DNA from: Marsupella aquatica
Lineage: Eukaryota; Plantae; Marchantiophyta
NCBI GenBank assembly: GCA_973895155.1
Contig: OZ316896.1
Location: 9,993,525-10,057,524, forward strand
DNA length: 64,000 nt
Reading direction: 5' to 3'
Below are positions 53,901 to 64,000 of this stretch, in pieces (within the stretch, counting starts at the first letter, position 1; every line of letters starts with the position of its first letter). The position numbers were made by a program, and so were the translations under genes. The notes beneath the pieces are model-generated. The model searched no databases. It was not told the origin of the DNA and was given only the letters and a program-made list of their open reading frames with translations.

Positions 53901-56230
53901 CTTTTTTCCACATTTCAAGTATTGTTCTCCTCTAGCATGTCAATTGCTCCACAATTTCAAGAAAAATCTACTTTTAATGGTAACTACGGGTACTACCGGT
54001 AACCCCTAGCTTTTGAAGGGCAGTTGTGGTTTAAAGAGTCGTATTGGCCTGTTGGGTCAACGTCAGACCTTTTCAAAGAGACTGAGTAAAGGATTGTAGG
54101 CCGAGAACACAAGTAAAGTGCTAGCAGTGACTCATGAGTGATCAACGAAGCTAGCACATAAAAGCAAGCATCGAATTCCTCTCTCGTTCTTGTATACGTT
54201 GAAATGACAATGGCCAATATTCAAATCTAATTATCTGAACAATATATACTTTAGTACGTATGTATTTTGTTAAAATCTGTCTACCCGACATCATGGAATC
54301 TTCTTGCCAAAGCAAGACAAACTGAACACCTAATTTACTCTGATTAAGCGATAAGTTCGTGGCGCACGTCTCCTTAAAATTAAAATAAACTTGGAAAGAA
54401 CCCAGGTAAACAAAAAAAAGGACTGTTAGTACTAGAAAACCAGTGCATCGCTTCTAGGAAGAATCCTGGGTGGGCTACTCGACCTAGTTGGGAGTCTTAA
54501 TTTCGTCGAAGAGAGCAGACCGTAATAACTGCACCTCTGCTTCGTACGCAGCCATAGGCTTGACTTCGTTGAGCGATGTGGACCACATTTTTGTCCCAGA
54601 TTTTAGGGGTCTGGTTGTCAATCTGGTCCCTAGCTTGGTCCATCCCTATTCTTCTGCATTAGAAATGGACCCACTAGTTATAAGATCTACTAGCTAGAAA
54701 GACTCTAGGTAAAGAATATGGTGACAAGTGGGTCCCCAACCTGTCTTTTAGCACATTACTCTAGCACAACTTGCTGCACTTAGCGCTAGAAGACCTTGGG
54801 CCAGCTTAATTTTTAAGGTTTTAATTTTTCCGCCAGTGTGGCAAGTCTCAGACAGTGTGAAAAGGAGAAAAAACTCAAAATATTCCTCATCTGATTATTT
54901 TCCTGACTGGCATATCTCCCTAGTAAGATTTAAGGACGACTCTTAGATTCTGGCTGATAGGGCAGCTTGTGATTAGGTGGGGCACTGGCTAATGAGAGAA
55001 AAATACTAGCTAAGTTTTGCCAAAAGTGGCAAAAGATTTTTGGGGAGTTGGAATTTGTCAAAATTTTGCCACTAGAAAAAAAGATGTTGGGGTCATATAG
55101 CATGCTCATCATGGAACATGCTTGATATTTTGTCTTGTAGTGATATGTAAGTGGATAAAATACTAGAGTAAAAAAAATACATATTAAGTGTGAGGATAAT
55201 GTGAGCAGAGCATATGCAAGAAAAGCACATAGTGAGTGACCACTGAAATGTACACTCAAGTGCTATGACACAAATTAAGGTGCTACAATGTGTGCACTTA
55301 TTAATTCAATGAATGTGCTTTATTAATGACACTCAATTCAATAAAAACCATAAACTTAGTGAATAAAGTCATGAGGGGAACTTAAAACATCATGTGTTCG
55401 CACTATTTAGAGTCATTTCTCTCTCTCATAAGAAGATTTAAAAACTTGGTTCAAGTGATAGAATTTAAAGTTATTGGTTAATCTAAGAGATAAAAGGGCT
55501 ACCAAATGCCTTCAAAGTACTCTAAGATGCCAATATCACCCTATTCATTAAAACTGGAATTTCTCTAGTCCAGAAGTTGACCTTAAAATTTCTTATTTTA
55601 CCCCCAAAAGTTCTATAACTTGTTCCCCAAAAACATACATTTTAGTGGCCAAATATACACTTTTTGAGATCTAAAATTACAATTCTAATGCCCAAATTAT
55701 TAATTAAATAATTCAGTTATCAATTATTAATACTTATTAATTAAAAGACAATAAAGTGTTCTTATTATATACAATATAAACAATGAAAAAATAGAATAAG
55801 ACAATATAATAAATTCAAATGACCCGTGATAACCAAGTTACACAAACACGGAAGATAAACCGGTGATGTATTATAAAAGTAAAAAACCTATTTTTACAGG
55901 GTCGAGACCACGTCTGCCCCAATGCAGGCTCTAGATAGTTTTGACCGGTTGTTGAATGTATATCAATTACTATGTAAAAATCTATTTCGAGATTATCTTG
56001 ACCCAAATCAACATAATTTTGACCCGTTGTTGAATCTATATCTCTAGCTATTCCCTTTGTATAGGGTCGAGACCCAAATAACCTTTTTCTGAGAACATAT
56101 CTACAAGTAAAAGAGGATCAACAACATCTAGACTCAAATGGATAGTACGCATAGCTTAACTTTTTTTCCGAGTAAGAATATGTATATCTACAACTCACAT
56201 TGTAACTATTCAGTGTAGGGTTGAGATAAT

Positions 56231-57284
56231 CTAGACCCAAATCTCATGCTCCTCCACCCCGCAGAATTCATTTGAGCAAGTAAATCTAGACCCTGACGGG
56301 TCATATTTCATATCGCGATTGCAGAAATCGAGAGGCTTCCTATTCCAGAACTTTGTGGTGAGGTCCCTACACCTCAAGACTTCCGAAACAAATCCCCGAT
56401 GATTATCTCTGTAGGGTCCTGTGTACTGATATCCAATTAACGTCTTTGCAAGGTCGTTGATCGCCTCCTCCGTCAATTCCTCCATTGGTGGTAATTGTTG
56501 CACTTTATTCTTGACATCCCAAGGAATTTCGTCCGCTGTGACATCCAAGACTGTATGGATAACCGAATGAACCCATACCATACTACCCCACCACTCCGTC
56601 AACAATGCATAAATGGCAGCCTGTTGATCTCTGTCCGCTAAAACATTTATCATAGACCACTTTGGATGATTGATAAAAAGGTAGTGCTGAAGATTGAAGG
56701 CATGATACAATTTCCTGAGCAAAGGCCATAGTATTTCTGGAAAGAATGTATCATCCGTGGAGTGATGCAAAAATGAGGAAGGAAACAACCCACAATTCTC
56801 TGGATTTGCAAATGCCTTCATTGGAGTGTCATCAAGAAGGAGTGTATTAGTTTCGTCGTATAATCCACCATAACGTTTCCAAACCACCCTCAAATCCTTC
56901 AAATGAATATTTGCCTTCCCATCGGTAATGTCAGGCCTCTGGATTCTAGTACCGAATGTATCTTCTTGTGTGAGAATAAACTTGAATTGCTCTCGCTCTT
57001 CTTGACTGAAGATGAAATGAATCATTTCATCCGTCCTGGGTTTCCTTGCACAAGTCCAAATGGCAACATCAAATAATAAAAAAGCTGCAATTAAGAACTC
57101 GTGAAGATGGGGTCGCTCAACATACATAAAGTTAAACCCTCCACGTCTCCCCCAATGGACACCCTTGACACTTGTCGCACTACGGCGCGGTCCGAAACTT
57201 GGCGTTTTGACAGAATCCCAACACATTTTGTTGAGGTCAAGAATCAATAGCTTCCGTCTGATCGGACCGTTGTCGTGATTTTTT
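56231..57284 (-). CDS. FCP1/SCP-like (NIF, HAD-superfamily) phosphatase-domain ORF with a C-terminal extension; one long exon, 5' end not found
   Basis: RKLLILDLNKM (motif I), ERPHLHEFL...FDVAIWTCA, HLKDLRVVW, YDETNTLLLDDTPMKAFANPEN. The frame extends upstream to a possible acceptor (ttaag) near 57285 and is open to the stop at 56231. Confidence 0.8.
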
Positions 57285-57394
57285 CTTAAGTTATAAAAAA
57301 TTGTTTGTTTTAATATGCTATAGATTATATAAGTAATTTAGTAGTTAGATTATTAAATTTAGACTTTATTAAACTTCTTTAGCTATATTAACGG

Positions 57395-57646
57395 ACTATA
57401 GTAGTTCCACCAATGCATATGAGTAGTTCCACCAAACTACAATAATATTCACCAACGCATAGTAGTTCTACTAACGCACAGTAGGTCCACCAGCGCATAG
57501 TAGTTCTACCAACACACAGTAGTTCTACCAACGCACAGTAGGTCCACCAACGCATAGTAGGTCCACCAACGCATAGTAGGTCCACCAATGCATAGTAGTT
57601 CCACCAACGCATGGTAGTTGCACCTACTAAAAGTAGTTTCACCAAC
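57395..57646. repeat. 19-bp minisatellite, about 13 degenerate copies
   Basis: Unit gcatagtag(g/t)tccaccaac repeated with a 19-bp period. Confidence 0.9.
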
Positions 57647-59082
57647 TATGAACAGTACTAGCACACTCTTAGGTATTTGATGTTTGACACTTGGCCTTCA
57701 TCCAAGTGCTTGGGCTTGATCCATGCCCTCTTGGTGTGCACTATAAATAAAGTGGTGAGGGGCACTCTCCCCTCATTCCGCAGCGTTTATCATTCAAGGT
57801 TGTGAAGCTCTTTTGTGCCTTGAACATAGTAGTGTGCGTCCTTTGGCCCGGATAGCAAAGAAATGAGTGATAGACTTATAGATGGGACCTTAGGGAATAA
57901 GGTTTCTTTGGGAATATAGGGGTGGGCGTCCTTTGGCCCGGATAGCAAAGGAATAGGAGAGCCATCATGAATCCAGGAGAGAGAGTTATCCCTGATCTTC
58001 CCCTTCGTAATCCGTTTTTGACTAGAGTCCATCTTTTAGACAAACCATCTATGAGGCAATATCTAACTTATCATTTTGGAGCTCAGTTTACAACTGCTGT
58101 TATGGTTTCTAACGAGCCAATAATATACCTAGTGGTGTCGTACCGAGAGGAGTGGGAGTGCATCATCTTTGTCCTTTATTGAAGTCATGGATCTGAATAG
58201 GAGTCCGGATGATATCCCTATTTCATTTTCTCTTGGAGATATTAGGATCATATGTCGTAAGAAAACTAATTTTCGTGATGTGTTGGTCCGCAAATATGGT
58301 GAAGTAGGGTTTAACAGTATTTTAGTTTCACCTTAACCTTTCTTAATACCCACTACCCTTGTTACTAGAATTATCATTTTGATTTTAGTGTAGAACTTAT
58401 GAGCATGCAAGGTTAACTTCAAAAGAGCCAACTTGCTCTTGCCAGAAAACACGGTCACCCGGACATAAGTGGCGACCATACTGGGGAACCGCTGGATTTG
58501 GAAGTTAGCTTGTGCATGTTTGAGTTCTAATGGATGAAGAGAGATATGGTTTTGGAACTTTGAGTTCTTAACTTGTTTATATTATTAAATCAAGAGGGAA
58601 GAATTGCAATCATGGGAACTGAGATGAATCCAACTGATATGGAGAGGTTTTCATCCTTGATTGCTGCTTACTTACATGGAATGAAGGAGAAGGAGATGAA
58701 GGAGAACAAGAAGAAGGAGTTGCTTGGTAGGACCATGAAGTACCTACACTCGGTTCTTACCAAGCAAGGAGAATTTGATGGGCGAAATATAACCAAGTAT
58801 CTCAAGGGGTACTGGACGGAGGCTACAATTCATAAGATTGATGCAGAAGTTGTAGTCAAGGAGTTTGTATATTTAGTAGAACCTGAACTCAAGGGAATTG
58901 TTACTACCTTGATAGATGGAGCTACTGGGGAGAAAGCATGGAAGGTCTTTGAGTTGAAAGATGAAAGAAGAATTTTAGCTTGAAGATCCAGATCGGGTTA
59001 CTCAAGCATCTTTCCTTGATTGGGTGGCCGATAGAAGCAAGAAGTTGGGACCTCAAGAACTGATAAGGGAGTTTACGAAGAA
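57647..59082 (+). mobile_element. Ty3/Gypsy-type LTR retrotransposon 5' portion (LTR, PBS, frameshifted gag), interrupted by a CACTA insertion
   Basis: TATAAATA at ~57742; LTR-like end ...cccggaCA at 58465; PBS at 58470. The gag-like ORF 58573-58983 (GEFDGRNITKYLKGY) continues after a frameshift to 59082. The left LTR boundary is approximate. Confidence 0.75.
58470..58487 (+). other. Primer-binding site, similar to the tRNA-Arg-type PBS of Tat/Ogre-related elements
   Basis: TGGCGACCATACTGGGGA lies 4 nt after the CA end of the LTR. Confidence 0.7.
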
Positions 59083-60032
59083 CACTACAACATGTTTGAC
59101 ACTTTTGCGAAGGTATTTTTGTCGACGCTCTTGTATTTCCGATGGGCGGCGCTTTGCATATTTTGCGAATCAACCCGCATCGCAATTTGCGATTCTATCC
59201 ATATCGCAAATATAATAGCTGAAGCGCATTATATCGCTAATAAATTGCGAAGTAAGTGGTTTTGCAATTTTTACCGAAATGCGTCGAATGGAAAGGCATC
59301 TTCCGAAGACGGAAAAATCGCTCGCCGACTCCGAAACTAACTCATGTAAATATTTGCGAAGAATATTGGATTGAAAATGTTTTGCGATAGTAGTTGTTTG
59401 ACAAGTTTAAGAATGTCGGAGGATGGAAGATTTGCGAAACGCTGAAAATATGAAATTTGTGATTGATTTTGCATCACAAGTTTGCGAAGAGTGTAGTATG
59501 GAAATATTGAGAAACGAGAAGCTTCATATAAATTGCGAGTCCGGTGAGAGTTTGTGAGCTTCGCAAACTAAAAATTAAGGTTATTGTGAGGTGAGACAAT
59601 GAAGAGGGTGGATGGTCCAATATATGGATGGGGCAGGAGGGAAGAGGAAGGGAGGATGGAGGGAGGTACAATGAAGGATGGAAAAGGGAGGGAGTACAAT
59701 GGAAGAGGAAGGAGGGAGGAGAAAGAGGAAGGGAGGAGGAGGGACAGACGTACCACGGAGGAGGGAAACACGAGGGTGAGAATGAAAATTATGGAATAAG
59801 TAGGAAATAAAGTTATATTGAGCAACAGAGGTTAGATAGAAAGTTGCATGTAAAATTCACAAGTGATCACAATAAAACAATACAATACATATGTCATGAG
59901 TATGACTCATTCAAAAGTGAATGGCAAATATAAATATAGACAATCCTTTTTTTTATATCACCAAACATGAACAAATCAAATATAACATGAACAAATGTCT
60001 AGGCTGGACCCAAGTGCATATAAATATGTCCC

Positions 60033-63000
60033 TCACACTTGGTCCTTATCGGCCTCAAGGTCATCTAGGTCTGATACAATAACATCTGGCTTCTCAGAAA
60101 CAATGGAACGAGAACGTGGCACATAGGTGATGACAATTGACCACTCGGTGTCTAAGGGGTATGGAATGTAGAAACATTGCTCCAAGTGTGATGGGAAAGC
60201 AAATGGTTCTGACGTTTGCCAATGAGATGCTTGAACACTAGTGGCACTTGTCTTCAACCGTGTAAACCCACTCTCATCTTGAAGTACAGTGCAATTTTGA
60301 CCAACAAGGTTCACTTTGAACCACTTGCACTTGAAGACATATTCCTCAAACTTTGAATGGTTGTCATATGATACCACCAAGATCTCCTCTATCTTCCCAT
60401 AGTGTGGCACAACATCTCTAACAATGTTCCTGTCATGGCGGCTGCTTCTGGAGTCTTGAGAAAATTCCCCTTGAACTCCACAATCAAAAGTACGACCCCT
60501 CTTCTCATCAAGGGAAGAAACCCTAAAATTAACAAAACCCACAAATTTTTATTACACTGTAAAAGATACCATTAATGTAATAATCATCAAAATATGACAC
60601 CCATCCCTAAATAGCCAAAACCCACATGGCCTATGGCATAAATATAGAAGCCAACATTACAGTTATGGATGTCATTAATGATAATAGAAAGTTTTTAAAC
60701 AATATAAATAACTAATCAAAATAAGGTCTACATGAATTAATAGAGGAAGAAAGGTTAGGTACTAGTGGACCTGAAGTGTCTCCCTTGTGTCCACATAGCC
60801 GTCTTGGATGTCACCACTCTCAAAGGGCCATGAACAATGGTCCGAACGTCATCTGTGATGGTAGGAAAGTGGGACACATCTCCTCCTTGTGTCATCATGT
60901 CATCCAACTCAAGCAACTTTTGCTTCATATACTCATGCATCTTAGGAAAAATTCTTGCTCTTTGACTTTTTCTCTTGGCATTCTCATAAAACTCTCTCCA
61001 TTTCTCCATGATATTACTATTACTCAACATAAATGTTGTCAACTGTGACCACTCTGTTGATGTCAACATGCGTGTTTTTGTGGCACCTGTTAAACGGTCC
61101 TCCTCCTCTTCTCTTTCCTCCATCCAAGTACGTGGACAAGTAGGATCAATGGTGGCCAAGATGTTACTACAATAAAATATACTCTCTGCTGCCAAGTATC
61201 CTGTAGCTATGCTTCCCTCCACCCGTGCACGGTTACGTACATAAGCCTTCAACACCGCCATGTAACGCTCAAGCCAATACATCCATCTACAATGCACTGG
61301 ACCTGCAATGGCAACCTCCCGCACAAGATGCACAAGTAAATGAACCTGACAATCAAAGAAGGAAGGAGGAAGGGCTTTCTCCAACTTGCATACCACCTCA
61401 GCTGCCAATACCTCCATCCCAGGGATCTCTTCTACATATATCTCCTTTGAGCATATCCATCTCAACAAACGACCCAATGACCAGATGGCATCTTGCACTT
61501 CTTCACTCCCTATACCTATAATTGCCACTGGCAATATATGCTGCAATAGGCGATGATAGTCATGTGTCTTCAGATATCGTGGCCACTTGTGATTGTCCTC
61601 CATCCCAAAAGCTTTTCGAAGGTTGGCACCATAGCCTGTAGGAAACCGCATCTCTCCTATACGGTTCCGAAATTCACGTCTTTGGCCAACACTCAACACC
61701 CAAGGAGCAGAAGGATGATTCTCCACACCTGTGATAGGATCAATTGTCACCCAAACATCTGGATGCATTTCCATCTCCTCGCATGCCTCCCTAAAATTAG
61801 TGTCCTTCTCCCCATAAAAATGCTTTATCAAAGCCTTCCCCACATTTCCCTCTATGTGCATGGGGTCTAAAAGATGGTGGATCTTCAACTCAGACCAATA
61901 GGGCAAAGTGGCTAGTATACTCCACCTGGTCAAACCTGTCCTATCAAAGGTGAAGGAATCATTTGGGTCTGCCACCCTATTAGCTAGTGACTTCCAATGT
62001 GCAAAACTTGTTGCATCAGGAATTTCACGCTCATCACCAAATGGCATGTCAAAGGAGGAGAATAGAAGTGGGTCAAACCTCATCTCATGCCCCATGGGAA
62101 GAAACTTTGTATGCCCAATATAAACAATCTTTCTAATCCATGAACAATATGTGGCCATGTCCTCTAAGCTTGGGCCACAAGTAGAGCAAGCTTTGTACCC
62201 CTGAGTTTGCAATCCAGAGACAAAACCAAACCCTGCTTACATAGAAGAAATTAAACCATGCAAACTTTATGTTAGGGTTGTCACATGAGAAACATCAATA
62301 GGAACTACACATTATTGAAGGGTTGCAAATGGCATGGAAGTCATCTTACCAGGATAGTCATGCATTGTCCAACAAATGATCCCTCTCAATTGAAAGACAC
62401 GTGGAAAACCTCCTGTAATTTTCCTGCCATCATATGCCCACACTCCATTCCATAATTTTTGAAGTTCTCCAACCAATAGTGCCAAGTAAGTGTCAAAGTT
62501 CTTCACCTTTTTTGGACCTGGGATAATCAAAGACAATAAAAGGAACCCCTTCTTCATGGATAGCCATGGTGGGAGGTTATAATTCATGACAACCACAGGC
62601 CAAACTGATGTAGGTTGCCCCTTTCCTCCAAGTGAATGAGGGCTAACTCCATTAGATGTCAATCCTAGCCTCACATGGCGAGGATCATGTGCAAAGTCTG
62701 GCCATGTTGCCTCAATATGTTTGTGAGCAGGGGAGTCAACTGGCAACCGCATGACACCAGACTCTGATCGATGAGTCTTATGCCATACCATCAACTCTGC
62801 CAAGTCAGAACACCGATACATGTGCAACAACCGAGGAATGATGGGAAACCAACGAACAGCCTTCCTTGGCACCTTCTTTGTTAGCATGTTGGGGTCATAG
62901 CGAGGCTCATCACATGTTGTACATTGTGTCATGTTTGCATTGGCCCCATGAAATAACATGCAATCATTCACACATGCATGAACAATATGATATTCCATGC

Positions 63001-63502
63001 CAATAGATGAGAGAACACTCTTTGCCTCCTTCCAAGTTGCTGGCAACACATTCTCAGTGGGCAACATAAGGTCATGGCAAAGTGCAAACATATCAGATAA
63101 CAAGGCATTGCTTGCCTTGTGTTTGGCCTGTAGGTTCATCAACCCCAAGATGGCTGAAAGATGACTCAAACGAGCACCCTCATAGATAGGTGTTCGGGCA
63201 TGTTCCTCTGCTTCTTCCCATTGGCGTTGTCCCTCAGGGGTATGCCTTGGGCGTGGATCATTGGGGGGCACCTGCCCTTCATTGGGAAGGTCATCACCAA
63301 GGTTGTCGGCACCAAACCAATCAACCATAAAGTCATCCATGGCTCTATCCTGGTCATCAGTTACTTGTTCATCCGTCCAAGGTACCTCTTCATCAGGGTT
63401 ACTGCTTCCACTAGCACTTGATGAGGAGTGTGACTCTGATCCATGTCCTTCTTCTGGCATACCCATTTCTCGATATGTTGCTCTCAATCTCCGTGGTAAC
63501 AT
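60033..63502 (-). CDS. CACTA transposase (Transposase_21/Tnp2 with DUF4218- and DUF4216-like regions); ~1034 aa, 3 exons; probable catalytic D->N change
   Basis: Exons 63502-62350, 62232-60771, 60522-60033 are GT-AG and total 3105 nt in frame. Motifs HACVNDCMLF, WFPIIPRL, PRHVRLGLTSNG, YNLPPW, HDYPG, HLLDPMHIEGNV, LKTHDYH, PPSFFDCQVHLLVHL, GPVHCRWMYWLERYM, FKCKWF. Confidence 0.92.
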
Positions 63503-63699
63503 ATTTGGAGAGGGTCGCACATTCTAAAAACAAAGCAAACAATTGAAAGTTATATTGCAAAGAGAACACACACAAAAATGGGCTAGGGGTGTGCAAAAAT
63601 GAAATAATATTGGTTGTGGTGCAAATACAAAATGTGGCCAAAGGCCATATGTAGTGCCCTTTGATATGCAACATACCACCTATGACCCTTAACTTAACC

Positions 63700-63999
63700 C
63701 TAATCCCACTCATAGTGAGTAAATAACTCATCCCCTGAGTTAATGGTCCTTGTTGCTACAACTAGGCAATGGTCATGATGATATGTCTGGCCATAAGGTG
63801 CTGGCGGAGGACCCTCAATGAAAACCCACTCACAATTTTGCCTACGCTTAGGGCGAGTCCCCACAGTACTGTTTATGAAACCAGCAATATTCCCAGTCCG
63901 TATGGGGTCCCCATCTATGACACGCTACTCACTATACCTTCTAGTGTTTCCATCAAAAGTATCCATGTCCAATGCATAAGTCTTCCACTCAGGGTGTTG
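63700..63999 (-). pseudogene. C-terminal half of a SET-domain protein with one internal stop, truncated by the window end
   Basis: Manual translation from 63999: QHPEWKTYALDMDTFDGNTRRYSE*RVIDGDPIRTGNIAGFINSTVGTRPKRRQNCEWVFIEGPPPAPYGQTYHHDHCLVVATRTINSGDELFTHYEWD*. It matches the SET pattern Y-x-L...ID...GN-x-A-x-FIN...NC...VVA-x-R-x-I-xx-G[DE]EL-xxx-Y. Internal TAG at 63925-63927. Confidence 0.85.
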
Positions 64000-64000
64000 T

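Larger units (their letters stand above)
59083..64000 (-). mobile_element. CACTA (En/Spm) DNA transposon, one terminus; the element extends beyond the window
   Basis: CACTACAAC starts at 59083, exactly where the gag frame breaks. Dense ttgcga/tcgcaa subterminal repeats span 59100-59570. A Tnp2-type transposase lies inside. Confidence 0.9.

Noticed and set aside
55070-55082. CACTAGAAAAAA as a terminus for an element carrying the NIF ORF
   Set aside because: There are no clear subterminal repeats or partner TIR, and TE-like sequence continues on both sides.
59568-59825. Low-complexity ORFs rich in G/R/E or S/P/L
   Set aside because: They come from a purine-rich tract inside the CACTA end and have no domain features.

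Overview
This is eukaryotic nuclear DNA from a land plant with flagellated sperm, most likely a bryophyte or liverwort (inferred from a spliced DNAI7/CASC1 axonemal gene alongside plant-type RLK and GH32 genes). I assembled four host genes by hand from GT-AG boundaries: the last exon of a non-RD receptor-like kinase (+, 88-1701), a 6-exon GGQ class-I release-factor-like gene (+, 5838-8666), a 7-exon vacuolar-type GH32 gene with a 9-nt micro-exon (-, 17573-11820), and a 15-exon DNAI7/CASC1 (IC97) gene (+, 29302-38257). The rest is repeat-rich: minisatellites, MITE-like elements, a decayed L1-type LINE inside an 83-bp tandem array, about 6 kb of unidentified decayed coding-like DNA (41-47 kb), and a nested transposon complex at 56-64 kb. 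That complex holds an FCP1/NIF-like phosphatase ORF, a Ty3/Gypsy LTR-PBS-gag, and a CACTA element inserted into the gag. Two observations stand out. (1) A SET-domain methyltransferase fold, missed by the ORF track because of an internal stop, lies about 200 bp upstream of the CACTA transposase on the same strand. (2) The GH32 enzyme carries fructosyltransferase-type substitutions (FMSDPCA, WSGY, WGY) instead of invertase motifs. All family assignments come from motif recognition, with no database search.
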